A stretch of 64,000 nucleotides of DNA, taken from Paraphysomonas bandaiensis (lineage: Eukaryota > Protista > Chrysophyceae). The position numbers and the translations under genes were made by a program. Positions 21,883 to 34,480 of this stretch are shown piece by piece (the first letter of the stretch is position 1; each line of letters opens with the position of its first letter). The notes beneath the pieces are model-generated. The model saw only the letters and a list, made by a program, of their open reading frames with translations, was not told the origin of the DNA and ran no database searches. The DNA lies in assembly GCA_965644295.1 (NCBI GenBank), contig CBFFRP010000457.1:124001-188000 (forward strand). The letters are read 5' to 3'.

Positions 21883-23457
21883 ATGGATAAGTCGAGTGTA
21901 TCTGATCTTAACGATGATGTTCTTCGTATCATCGTCTCTATGATCCCACACGCAGCTCTCCTTCCTGTGGTCATGACTAGTAAGAGACTTCACGATATAG
22001 TCTACACTGATAAGAGCAGAGAGAGACTTGAGTCACATGCATCTCACTACTGTATGACCAACTCAATGGTCTCATGGGCTCTCTCTATGGGCTGCTCATA
22101 TATCAAACTAATGAATGCATGTGTACAATACGGCAAACTACAGCAGCTAGAGCATATCAAGCTTATCAGCACCCATCAAAATATAATTCTATTTGACCCT
22201 CATAACATATTGAGTTTTGATCTTTATTTCAATGCTGCAGATAATGCTGCTAGAGGTGGACACTTGGATGTTATTAAGTGGCTTCGTTCACAGGACCCTC
22301 CATGTCCATGGCACATGCATACTTGCGAGGCTGCTGCATTGGGAGGGCACTTGGATGTTCTGAAGTGGCTTCGTTCACAGGACCCTCCATGTCCATGGCA
22401 CATACATACTTGCGCAGAAGCTGCAGGGGGAGGGCACTTGGATGTTCTTAAGTGGCTTCGTTCACAGGACCCTCCATGTCCTTGGCAGGAATGGACATCT
22501 CAATTTGCTGCTTGTGGTGGCCACTTGGATGTTCTGAAGTGGATTCGTTCACAGGACCCTCCATGTCCATGGGATGAAGGAAGTTGCAAGGCTGCTGCAG
22601 AGAGTGGACACTTGGATGTTCTTAAGTGGCTTCGTTCACAGGACCCTCCATGTCTATGGGACGAAATGACTTGCAGGGCTGCTGCTAGAGGTGGACACTT
22701 GGATGTTCTGAAGTGGCTTCGTTCACAAGACCCTCCATGTCCATGGGATGAAAGAACTTGCAGGGCTGCTGCTAGAGGTGGACACTTGGATGTTCTGAAG
22801 TGGCTTCGTTCACAAGACCCTCCATGTCCATGGGATGAAAGAACTTTCACGACTGCTGCTGGTGGTGGCCACTTGGATGTTCTGAAGTGGCTTCGTTCAC
22901 AGGACCCTCCATGTCCATGGGATGAATGGACATCCCGATATGCTGCTGCTGGTGGCCACTTGGATGTTCTGAAGTGGCTTCGTTCACAGGACCCTCCATG
23001 TCCATGGGATGAAGAGACATCCCGATATGCTGCTGCTGGTGGCCACTTGGATGTTCTGAAGTGGCTTCGTTCACAGGACCCTCCATGTCCATGGGATGAA
23101 GGAAGTTGCAGTTCTGCTGCTGGTGGTGGCCACTTGGATGTTCTTAAGTGGCTTCGTTCACAGGACCCTCCATGTCCATGGGATGAAGGAAGTTGCATGG
23201 CTGCTGCTGGTGGTGGCCACTTGGATGTTCTGAAGTGGCTTCGTTCACAGGACCCTCCATGTCCATGGGATGAAGGATGTTGCAGTTCTGCTGCTGGTGG
23301 TGGCCACTTGGATGTTCTTAAGTGGCTTCGTTCACAGGACCCTCCATGTCCATGGGATGAAGGAAGTTGCATGGCTGCTGCTGGTGGTGGCCACTTGGAT
23401 GTTCTTAAGTGGCTTCGTTCACAGGACCCTCCATGTCCATGGGATGAAGGAAGTTGA
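21883..23457 (+). CDS. Intronless F-box-like protein with 14 CPWD-type ankyrin repeats (29 aa / 87 bp)
   Basis: N-terminal SDLNDDVLRIIVSMIP...VMTSKRLH is F-box-like. GGHLDVLKWLRSQDPPCPW occurs 14 times. Confidence 0.85.
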   Translation: MDKSSVSDLNDDVLRIIVSMIPHAALLPVVMTSKRLHDIVYTDKSRERLESHASHYCMTNSMVSWALSMGCSYIKLMNACVQYGKLQQLEHIKLISTHQNIILFDPHNILSFDLYFNAADNAARGGHLDVIKWLRSQDPPCPWHMHTCEAAALGGHLDVLKWLRSQDPPCPWHIHTCAEAAGGGHLDVLKWLRSQDPPCPWQEWTSQFAACGGHLDVLKWIRSQDPPCPWDEGSCKAAAESGHLDVLKWLRSQDPPCLWDEMTCRAAARGGHLDVLKWLRSQDPPCPWDERTCRAAARGGHLDVLKWLRSQDPPCPWDERTFTTAAGGGHLDVLKWLRSQDPPCPWDEWTSRYAAAGGHLDVLKWLRSQDPPCPWDEETSRYAAAGGHLDVLKWLRSQDPPCPWDEGSCSSAAGGGHLDVLKWLRSQDPPCPWDEGSCMAAAGGGHLDVLKWLRSQDPPCPWDEGCCSSAAGGGHLDVLKWLRSQDPPCPWDEGSCMAAAGGGHLDVLKWLRSQDPPCPWDEGS

Positions 23458-23520
23458 CTATTTTTACTGAAACCTACTTGATACAACTTCATATGATATT
23501 CTGTATTTCATCAGCTCCTA

Positions 23521-23695
23521 CTTAGGAAAGCACAGTGGCTATATCTACTGTATATGATATTGTCTACCATTAGTTAGATATTTTGAGATATATATCTCAG
23601 CAAAGTTGTATATAATATACTATATATCTATATATTCACTATATTTGCACTATGATACAAATATTTCCTTTGAAACAACAGAAGGCGAAGTCTTT
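23521..23695 (+). repeat. Direct repeat copy 2, just downstream of the ankyrin gene
   Basis: Matches 20202-20363. Confidence 0.9.
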
Positions 23696-23791
23696 TGTGG
23701 CAACATCGGGTGATTGAGTATCATCCCTGTGGGTCTCAATGAACATGTCATCTTTATCCATGCGTGCAACAGACGGTAGGTAGATAGACAG

Positions 23792-26233
23792 TGTTAAGTT
23801 TTGCTGTTTGAGCAATTAAAAGCTGTAATTCTAAGATATTGGAATTATGACGGTTACTGGGGGATACAGTAGTGGTTAACTGTATTATGAGAAGTGATAT
23901 CATGACGATGTAAGATCCTACTAGAAATGAGTGGTAGTAGAGATAGCGTGACATATAGTTTATTAACTTAACTTGATTCATGAGTGAATACTCGTCCAGT
24001 TATCTTACTAATCATCCAATTGTGTCATATCTTGACATGGTAGCGGATGGTAGTTGGAAGCAACTGCTGAAGTGTGACCATTGGAATGAAACTGGACAGA
24101 GAAGCAGGAGTACCGCTTTTTATAGTAGAAACATACAGTATATAGGATATAAAACCAGTATTATTTATGAAAATCGGGGGTTTTCATATGAACATGACAG
24201 AAAAAGTAGACTGCGAGTCGTCCGATACTGCTGTGCGTGGTATCGGCAGTCAGCATCTTATTTTTTCGGGAAGAAATTGAAGCAAATTTACTCTATATTA
24301 CTGATATACAACTACGTCTGGAATACAGATAATTATTGCCTCAATATTAGAGGCATTTTTGAACAAAAATATACAAAGAATGCCGATACGCGTGTGTGTG
24401 TATGTATGAGAACCCTCTGAAGAGACCCGCATGATTATCAGAATGATGTCTCCCCATGTGCATGTAATGTGAGCACAGTGATTCAGTTATGTGTCTGATT
24501 GTGTGGATGGGGGTGCAGTGTCCTCATGTGATGGAATGCTATCGATGATGAGCTTGAGGAGGTTGTGGTCAAGAGTGACTTACAAGCCCGAACTGTTGCA
24601 GAGTTCAGCCATCTTACAAGCTCGAATCATGTGGATGAGGGCTGAATCTTTAGAGCTACTTGAGAAGTGGTTCGGGATAATGGTGTAATAGTAGAGTAGC
24701 CTCGAGGGCACTTGATACTGCCATGTTAGCATGTTGTGAATGTGACTAACGATTATACACGATGGTGGTACGAAAAATCCTGCGACCCATGACGATGGGG
24801 CAGGTGACTCGCTATCGACGCCGGCTAGGGGTACACACCCAGCATACGGCGGATAGGATGTCAAGGACTGTGTCGTCCTTCAGTACCTGCCCGAGAGTAG
24901 TGTATGTACTGCGTCTAGAGAGACCAGTGAGAACAGTGTATGAGACATATGTGTATTTGTAACACATCGACTGCGTCTAGGGAGACCAGTAAGAGTTGTG
25001 TTGGTACTGTGCGTGTTGTATCTAGTGAGATGGCTGTACTAAAAACCTCATTTTGTGATGACAAAAGGGGTGGATCTTCATCTACACGCCGGCTTCTCGG
25101 GTGGTGCGCCCAATAAGTCTATACGGCGGATGAGATTCCAGGGAAGAGAATGTCCCTTCGTACTTTGCCTAGTGATACTGTGTATACTAAGTCTAGTGAG
25201 ATCAGTGCGAATCGTGACTGTGAGACTGTACCTTTTGTGTCTAGTGAGATCAGTGGTACTGTACCTGCTGAGTCTAGGGAGACTTGTGTGGTAAGCGTAC
25301 GGGTGTTGACTATAGTGTGTCCACCCTGGGTGAGGTAAACCTTCTCCATGATGAGGAGATTGTCAATCTGTGTAATGATAGTGACTGTGCACTAATAACT
25401 AACATAATAATATGTCTAATTGTAGAGAGACCAAGACACAATACACGAGAAGTTTGTTAATTGCCTTGATTACTTCAGTGTGTAAGTATCAGGCTATGTC
25501 TGCTGGCATGCAGGAACTGGTGTGGCTTCGGGGAGTGGTGTTGACCGAAGTGGGACTTCGATTGTACGAACCCACTCCATTCTTACTGACAGCCAGGGTG
25601 CTCGCGACTTAGCGTTGAAGTTGAATGATGTGGTGTGATCGATCTCAGTGACGAGGATAAGAAATCATACGTGCTGTTATCAGAGACAGAAGATCTTTCA
25701 ATGGGTTGTCTATGGTGAGGCTAGCTGAAACGTCGGAGCCATACGTCCACCTGTTTGTCCTATGAGGTTTTTGGTGGTTGCGTATCCGTCAGTTATGTCT
25801 TGTGATGTAAGGATTCAATCTACAGAGTATAAGTCAATTATGTCTTGCGATGTGAAGATTCAATGTACAGCTCATGAGGTCTTGGTGGTTGCGTATCCGT
25901 CAGTCATGACTCGTGGTTTGACAATTCAATGTACAGCTTTGAATTGAGAGGGAGTGTTGAGTTTTGCTGTTTAAGCAATTAAATTATGACGGTTACTGGA
26001 GAATACAGTAAAATGGTTAACTGTATTATGAGAAGTAATGAGAACTGTATATGTATTGACCATACAAGAAGATAGTGACGATATAAGTTCGTACTAGAAA
26101 TGAGTGGTAGTAGAGATAACGTGATATATTTTTTATTATATTTATTATAATCTTCTCTTATCTTAACTTGATAAATGAGTAAATACACGTCCAGTTAACT
26201 TAGTAAATCATCCAATTGTGTCATATCTTGACA
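23792..26233 (+). mobile_element. Internally deleted Copia LTR retrotransposon: 5' LTR 23792-24037, PBS 24038-24047, PPT 25946-25954, 3' LTR 25955-26233
   Basis: Both LTRs run TGTT...CTTGACA. PBS TGGTAGCGGA, PPT GAGAGGGAG. Remnants in order: gag start, protease-like VDGGA, RT-like NKS.YG, RNase H YQAMSAGMQELVWLRG. The LTRs are diverged and there is no TSD. Confidence 0.8.
24240..24390 (+). mobile_element. 150-bp MITE copy nested in the Copia derivative
   Basis: TIR GTATCGGCA...TGCCGATAC. Absent from the sister Copia copy at about 3500-3515. Confidence 0.8.
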
Positions 26234-26386
26234 GTACATACAAATAGTGATTACCAGAATAATGAAAGGCAATTATTACATCGTAAATATGGCAGCATTC
26301 AACAATTTTAATCTACCGCTGGTGCATTTCGTACAGACTACACTACAAATCATCAGCCATATCACATTCGCATTACCGGCTATATT

Positions 26387-27777
26387 CTACTGCTTTGGTG
26401 CTCCAAATGCCTCTGGCATCCTCTCAATGGAATATTTTCTACTATTGATATACATGATGGGTACACCTGGCACCTACGAATATGCCAGTTAGATCATTCG
26501 TTGTGAATTTAGAACAGCAGTATACTGCTCCTAAGGGTAACCATACCTTTCTGATCTTTCTCTTAAGGTCCTTATCACATGTCGCTACAATATAACATCT
26601 GTGTTGTTGGCAACGATGGAGGAGACAGTCATCTGCATAGGTACCTACATACGTTCGTTATAATAACAGAAGGAAAAAAAGGGCATAAAAGAGTTTTCAC
26701 TAAACACTTGGCGATCTAGGTTAAAAGGGACTTACCAGGGTGTGTGCAAGTTAGTCGTTTAAATCTGGGGTCCTTCGCTAATCTCAGGGCAAGTCGGTAT
26801 TTAGTCCCAAGCTTCTCGAGCTCAGCCATAACACAGTCCGTCACACAGGGCACACACTTCGCCAGTAAGCAATCCATCATAGATTTGTACACTTCAAGTT
26901 TATTCTTAATAGAGAAGTTGATAAAGTTGGTATCAACAAGCACATGATAAGGAGGACCCAGCTGTGTGTTATGAGTGAAGAACAGAGCAGTAGGAACCTG
27001 TGTAATGTGTCGACTGGCTTCTTTCTCAGCTTTCAGTTTAAGTTTTTGTTCATTACTTTGTTTCTCTTGATTTGATTTACTGAACACATATCGTATGAGG
27101 GTCATGTAAGGGTCATATGGGGTTATGTGTGTGTACCATAGGAGGTTATAGCAGGGTCATGTAAGGGTTATATAAGGGCTTTACGGGGTTACATGTATCA
27201 TAGGAGGGTCATATAGATATATGTATGTATGTGTGTCATAGCAGGGTCATGTGTGTCATAGCAGGGTCATGTGTATGTATAGGAGGGCCATGTGAGGGTC
27301 ATGTATATATGAGGGTCATGTGTGAGTGTCGTAGGAGGTTTATGTAAGGGATATATACGAGGGGCTATGAGTGTGTGTGTGTGTATAGGAGGGTCATGTG
27401 AGGGTCATGTGTATGTATGTGTGTGTGTGTCATAGCAGGGTCATGTGAGGGTCATGTGTATGTATAGGAGGGTCATGTGTGTGTATGTATATGTCTATAC
27501 GAGTGTGTGTGTGTGTATAGCAGGGTCATGTGAGGGTCATGTATGTGTGTGTATGTATGTCTATACGAGTGTGTGTGTGTGTATAGGAGGGTCATGTGAG
27601 GGTCATGTATGTGTGTGTATGTCTATACGAGTGTGTGTGTATGTATAGGAGGGTCATGTGTGTGTGTATGTATACACGAGTGTGTGTGTGTGTGTGCGGG
27701 GCTTACATTCGGTTATCTTTAGCACTGATGACTTTCTTCGCTACTGCAAACTTCCTCGTCTTCTTTTGTTTCCCCAT
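26387..27777 (-). CDS. FCF1: rRNA-processing PIN-domain protein FCF1/UTP24, 4 exons
   Basis: Exons 27777-27707, 27079-26736, 26644-26547 and 26473-26387. [57 protein letters not shown]. Confidence 0.95.
27095..27695. repeat. (AGGGTCATGTG)-based minisatellite in FCF1 intron 1
   Basis: Direct reading. Confidence 0.85.
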
Positions 27778-28369
27778 GATATGATGCAATGGAAGGAGTG
27801 ATGGGCTGATCGAGGCGGTGGAGTTATGTGGTTCGGAGTCGATCGAGTTATGGTGCTATACACACAACTAACACACTGTCCACTCCACATACATACATAT
27901 ACATACATACGTACATACTGTATATACATACACACGCATACATACACATACATATACACATACACGTATATATACCTACTCAAATATACGTACACAGACA
28001 CTTGTAGCCATTGAAACTCGATACAATGGAATACACTCATCTGACAGAACTACGTCGTACAAAGAGTCCATGAAAACCCCCTAAAAAACACACTGTAGGT
28101 CAGGAAAATGGAGATTTTATAGTAAGAAAATCGATTATTTCCAGAATATGGGGGATTATGTACTACTGTCCCTCTATAAAGTAGGGGTTTCCTCAAGTAA
28201 CTGGCTAACATTTAGAGGACATAATCCTCATGTCATGCACTCTTATATCGCTCTGCTGTAAGTATACATACATACATAAGTACAGTTTAAGGTCAATGAT
28301 AGTGTGAGTAGACCAGATTTATGTCCTCCCACACATCTCCAGTCTCTCATCAGAGGCTCACTCCCCCTA

Positions 28370-28578
28370 TAGACCACCTGCAGACGTGCCTACAGACCAC
28401 CTGCTGCTGCTGTGAGAGACATCCCCATGCAACTAACTACATCGTTTTATATAGTTGAGCACTTGCCGGAGCATGCAATAGTAACTGAGTCAGAGTCATG
28501 TTATTCTTAGTGTCGAGTGAGTTGTTGGGTTGGCTGTTGCAATGCACAAGCTTGCGCTTCTTACTTGTCAGATATTCA
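28370..28578 (+). mobile_element. 3' end of a LINE-like family
   Basis: Reverse-complement similarity to 49614-49770 and about 49910-49935. Ends CAGATATTCA, like the LINE tail. Confidence 0.55.
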
Positions 28579-29040
28579 GTTTCTACAGTACTGCTGCACG
28601 TGTACAGTATGAAGGCGGGAATTGGCATTCTAATCGGCTGACTTTATTATTTTTTAGATTATACACCCTCGAACAAACTAATTAAACAATACTTATTGCC
28701 CCATTCCGAGGGTGTTCCCTAGTAAAGTGCTGCTAATAATCAGACATTAACTAACTGTTGGAGTCTTAACGTGAACTTCAAAATGGTTTGTGTGAAATAT
28801 TGCTATTCATAATTATATATTATGCATGTGTACTTTATGATAATATATAATAACGTTAACCAGTTATCAACTTGTTGGTCTGAATCATACACAATCTCCG
28901 GGTAATTCTGGTGTTAAGTACCATTGCATGCATGTCAAGTTCTATGCGCGGCTACCTTTCGTTGTGTATTCCCATAACTCATAACTATATTCCCTTCAAT
29001 GAAATCCATTAGCCTACTGCGATGGCAGGTAACCTCACAT

Positions 29041-29802
29041 CAGGGATAGGGAACAATATATTGCAATACATTGTAAAATATATTGATTGGTGGACTGGTC
29101 AAATATTCCATCAATATTGTTTCTGTTAAAAGAGCTCACAATACTATTGCAATATATTGCAATCAATATTATGATAGGCATATAAGAGAAGATTCTCAAC
29201 TGTATGGTGCAAAATATACGCCTATGCATACAAATATCCGGAAAATACAGAGGATGGTGAAGCTGAAGTTGGATATGCGGAAAAAATTCTTCAATCAGCT
29301 CAAAATCTTAAGAAACGGAGAGTTGAAATATCTAAGTACAGGTGCACGAGACATGTAGTATGTACTTCCAATACATGTGAACGCCTGTTCAGCGCAGCAA
29401 AACTGATTATATCAGTGTTGCGCAAACGTATGCATCCTACTACACTTAATATGCTGTTGTTTCTGAAAGCTAACCGACAGTTGTGGCCGGATGCAAGCAT
29501 ATTTCAATCAATATTAAATGAATATGGTGATGATGATGTCACCGATGATGGCTCAGAGGATGAGTATGAGGAAACTTTTAATTAGTTAAGAGTAGTGGGT
29601 TTGATTATCAAGTGACCTTAGACCTTATAATGGCAAGTACTAAAAATGGAAACTACGGATGTGTTTACTTACTGATTAGCCATATACTAATATATTGCAA
29701 TATATTGAAATAGTATTGTAGGACCGGTTTAAAAAATCCATCAATACTATTGATGGAACGCTATCTGGCAATAGTATTGCAATATATTGTTCCCTATCCC
29801 TG
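29041..29802 (+). mobile_element. Non-autonomous hAT transposon, 762 bp
   Basis: TIR CAGGGATAGGGAACAATATATTGCAATAC. 8-bp TSD CCTCACAT (29033-29040 and 29803-29810). Internal SNTCERLFS...LLFLKAN dimerisation-domain remnant. Confidence 0.95.
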
Positions 29803-29942
29803 CCTCACATCACATTTTAATGAGTTAATTTTACAAGAAAAGCCTGTGAAGCAGGGAAAAGATAATGTTGAGAAGCTATGCCTACGTCCACCATGGTGCT
29901 CATATTACAAAACACATTTATGAAAACAAAACATAAAAACAA

Positions 29943-32900
29943 CTAAAGCAGATTGGCACTTCGACTGCTTCTGACACCAAGCCTTGATGAAAATGACCTT
30001 GTTTCTACAATATGCAACAGGCGAAACAACGCTATGCATGTATGAAAACTCTTAATTTCCATTTCGACGCCGCCGGATTCTTTCATTTCTACTAAAGAAG
30101 ACATGACAGGTATCAAGTCGTAGTGACCTAAGCTTTCCTTTTCATCAATTATTTCACCTCTAGAATTACCACTGTTCAAGAGCCCACGCAACATATACAT
30201 CTCACTGGAAGCGAAATTGCCCAGCGCTTGCAACACAAACGAATACGACCCTTCTGTTCCGGTGAGCCCTTCCTCAAGTCGTGGGGAAACAATGAGTACC
30301 AACCACACACTACCGGAGATATCAGAACTCGGGTAGTGCTGTACACATAGTCGTATGGCCCGCGCGGCAAAACTTAGACACATAAACTTAAATACAGTTT
30401 CAGCTGCGACTGGTGACTTGTAGCGGAAGGCACTCTCGTTTTGACATAGAGCGAATATCTCGACACATCGGTGCATAATAGCGTGAGCACTTTTTCTCAA
30501 TGAGTTAGGGCAGAGAGTAACAGCTACACAAACCGATGTGAGCCAGCACAGCAACACATCCCAATCGCTACTTTTGAACATAGTTCCCATATTTGCATCT
30601 GCAGTAATCACTCTCTCGATAACGTTGATGTCGCTTAAGGAACCGAAATAAGCACCACACGTGACTCGTACTCCGACTAGGAATGCACTTTTACCACACA
30701 TACCTTTCGCTTGTCTCAGTACACTGTCACATACATCGGCCCTGCCACACAAGCACACAGAGTAAATCAGCGTACATCGCATTACACTGAAACGCACCAT
30801 TGTCCAAACTGTAGTCGGTCGGGCATTGGCACGGAGTGAAAAGAACAATGAACAACACATACTCCAATCTGTTCGCATATTGTGGTAATGAGTTCCAGCG
30901 TAGCAATCTCTACTCGTTTCAAATGCTCCCAACAGAGACCACAGAGACCACACAGGCCGCGCAATATGACAGAGTAGTGACCCGACCTTAGAAAACTGCC
31001 AGATAAAAAATACGCTATTGTCACTGCGATATCATTCCAAGGGTACCGGACGAAGAGCCCACACGAATGCATGCACTGACATAATTCATTCAAAATATCA
31101 GTTTGTACGCAAGTGAGGAGGTTGCCACAGAGCGACGTCGCAACTCGAAGTGCTGCCCATACCAGACACTCAACAGTAAAAATATCTACCTCACTGGAGG
31201 GCACACTTTCAACACCAACATTATGTAAGGAAAGAAAAGACTGATTACTGTGATCCATTCTTGCCACACACTGTGATATGACGCACCAACATAATTCACT
31301 CGTAGAACTGCAAGTCTGTAAATATACCATGATTCTCTCTGTCTCATGCTCTATGGAACCACACATAACGCCAGTTGGAATGTAACCTAATAGAGTACAG
31401 GCAACAATAATATGAGAGGGAAGGAAACTCCGCAGCGGTATACATGGAGGAGGTGATCGAAACATAAGTGGTATCGAAACTATGGGGTTCGGTAGGCAAG
31501 ACACCAACATTGAAAACCCTGACTGAGAAAGTGACAGGCAGGTATCGATACCAATAACATCAGCATAGTCCGGGTCCATGCACATGGAAATAAAGACTGC
31601 TATGTCCAAAGCTGTGGTATCTGAGGGGAAGGCATCGATTATGTTGGCAATCTGAAACTCATCACTGTTAATGAAGTTCACAACTCTCAGTACAATTTGC
31701 TCCGCGCACTCCAGCGACACAATCGAAGGTATAGAATTGACATCTTGTGTCCACTGTCCGTGCCAGCGCAGCAATACCTGCACGTATCGTGCGCACAGTG
31801 CGACATTGATATCACCTCTGCTATTATCTATAGGACGACGGACCATCCACCGGGCAACTGCAGTATGAAACTCTCGACAGGTATATACCGAAAATACGTG
31901 CGATGAAGTCATTTCTTCTGCACTGACTTCACCATTTTGAAACTGACTCGAAAACTCCTGCGCACACAAAACTACCTCCAAAAGCAATGGTACAAGGATG
32001 TTCTGCACCGATGGCACAGATCTCAATGTATTTGAAGATAAAATACGATACACAATGCCGCACATGTACTTCAAGACATCACCATTGGTAAATTCAGTAG
32101 TGTTTCGCCCCCATGCCGCAAAGTACTGAATTGATGCTACGAGGGCATCCTCAACAGCATCTACAACATCACCGCAAGCACTATTAAAGCAAATATATAC
32201 ACGGCGCAGCAAATACACCACACAGGACCCAATCATGCTCACATGCCACAAAGATGATGTGTCTGATAGGCTAATGATCTTGTTAGAATATTTCACCATT
32301 AAACTTTTAGTCAGCTGTAGATATGCTTGTACAGACTTCCCGCAGAGACAACAGACACTATTAATGCAACAATCAGCATAATTGAGTACATCGTGCATGT
32401 GCTGAAGCATCTGAGTATTGAATTTTGAAGTGAATTGTAACAGAGCTTCAAGTATTGTGTGGGCACAACCAATATTTCCCTCCCATAAGCCGTCGGCGTC
32501 AGCGCTGTGACAAGGGCAAGACAGATCATCAATCACCCGCTTTAGAGTTGCAGGAGTAAACCTGGAGTAGTGAAAGACGTGTATGGGCGCTGTTGAGACA
32601 CAAAAGGATATGTACTTCAGTGCCGAACTCGACAGACTTTGCAGCAGAGGACTAACCGTGCGAGACGTGCGGGAATAAATGATCATCACTGAATCTAGGA
32701 GATGTAAAGCTGTACCAGAAGGGTATGCAGAGTCAGAGAGGACATATAAACCCACACAGAGGCAGCGTGTAGGCACGCTCAGTCTGCTTTCTATTGGGCT
32801 CTCTACCAGACACCGGGCGCAACACTGTAATGGCTCGATAAGAACAGAACAAAGCTCACCACGTGACAATTCTGAAGTATGAAGTAGCGCAACTTTCATT

Positions 32901-33666
32901 CCATCATACAGTGACACAGAATCCTTGTGTGACTGTTCAATCGTGGGAAGTTCATGAAGCAACTTGAAGAATTCATCCAGCGCCTTGGTGTGTAGCGTAT
33001 CCTCATGTTCGGTGGATTCCAGTACCCACACTAGCAGTCTCCATCGCACTTGAACACACACTTCAGATAATGCTCCCCTAACAAGCACAGCAGCCACTAC
33101 ACCTTTCTTCATGAGCTCTTGGGTATACCCACTATTCTCTGCACATCTCACAATGAAAATTATACTCACAGATGCTTGTTGTGGAGACATCTCTCGTCGC
33201 TCCCACAATGAACGCAGCGAATCCATCACATTCAAACACAGACTATCTACCAAATTCGCCGGGTCCAAAAAAGAAATAACTCTATCGGCGAGAGATAGAG
33301 CTATTCGAAATGACCGATCGAGTAACATGTTCATGTAATGTCCCCTTACTCTGTCCCTCATATCGCCAAAGGGACATACAGAGGACAAAATCGTTTCTAT
33401 ATGAGAGTGAATACATATCTGTTGAGTCTCATCTGCAGACTCATCGAAGAGCTTCATTAATGCACACTGTGAGGGTGTTTGAGTGTATCCAGAAGCAGCA
33501 GTTAGCAAGAGATTACCTCAAAGCAATACAGCATATCTCTTGCGTCTCTTATTTTGAGTTTGTGACCACAACAGCCGCTGAGATCGATCACGGATAACAA
33601 CCAGAGGTTCATTGTATCTTCAGATACAGCGGGGTGAAGATGTAATGGATCGTAAGCTTGTTTCAT
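29943..33666 (-). CDS. Large uncharacterised Leu/Cys-rich, probably all-helical protein (about 1200 aa), at least 3 exons
   Basis: ORFs 33502-33684, 30782-33508 and 29943-30953 join through short GT-AG introns near 33470-33516 and 30742-30797. No family recognised and the start is uncertain. Confidence 0.65.
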
Positions 33667-34267
33667 GACATGAATATGACTCACTATTCTTCATGTTATG
33701 AGACAGCTGCTACACACACTCACATATATATATGTATATATATGCGGACATGTTGATATGAAACACTTCTATAGATGACGTATCCTAGACAGCCAATAAC
33801 ATGAGCGCAATTATGAGAATGAACCAATCATATCTCCCTCTTGTGAAGATGAAGTGAAAGTGAAGTGAATTGAAGTGAAGGATAAGACGAGAGTCAAATC
33901 ACTGCTTAGACAGAGTGTGTACTTATATTGTTATGTACTACTATACATGTACAACAGTACATGAATTGTTATGTGCTTTGTACTTCGTACTATGTGGAGG
34001 CCGAAGCCGAGCTTTTTCAGGCCGGCCGGTTGATCAAGTCAGCAGGCCTAAGTTCGGCCTCATCGGCCGGTCCGGTTACAGATTATTGTATTGTTTCTGT
34101 ACTACTCATATACAGCAGTACACACCTTCGTAGTATATATAGAAGACCTCTAGAATATGTCACACCAGTCCATGTATAGCAGTACACATGTACTTCTCTA
34201 TCGTATCTATAGGTACAGCAAAAGTGTATCTATATACCATACACAGCTATAGGCACTGCCCCTGTGT

Positions 34268-34402
34268 GTATGTATGTATGTATGTATGTATGTATGTATG
34301 TATGTATGTACGTATGTATGTATGTACATGTATGTATGTATGTATGTATGTATGTATGTATGTATGTATGTATGTATGTATGTATGTATGTATGTATGTA
34401 TG
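34268..34402. repeat. (TATG)n microsatellite
   Basis: Direct reading. Confidence 0.97.
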
Positions 34403-34480
34403 TACATATCGTCCCTATGCACCATATATACACACTCATGCAGTCACTCTTACTATATCTACACATATAACCCTATAAGA

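Noticed and set aside
22255-23457. CRISPR-like repeat-spacer appearance
   Set aside because: The period is 87 bp in frame, the spacers are homologous codons, the context is eukaryotic and there are no cas genes. It is a coding ankyrin array.
21883-23457. Endogenous giant virus region
   Set aside because: Only one virus-like gene family is present. No NCLDV core genes and the neighbours are ordinary host genes.
22500-23492. 330-aa antisense ORF
   Set aside because: Shadow of the repetitive sense ORF.
23792-26233. Intact recent LTR retrotransposon
   Set aside because: The LTRs are clearly diverged, there is no TSD and no intact ORFs.
30742-30953. Apparent frameshift between the 908-aa and 336-aa ORFs
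   Set aside because: Explained by a phase-compatible ~56-nt GT-AG intron.
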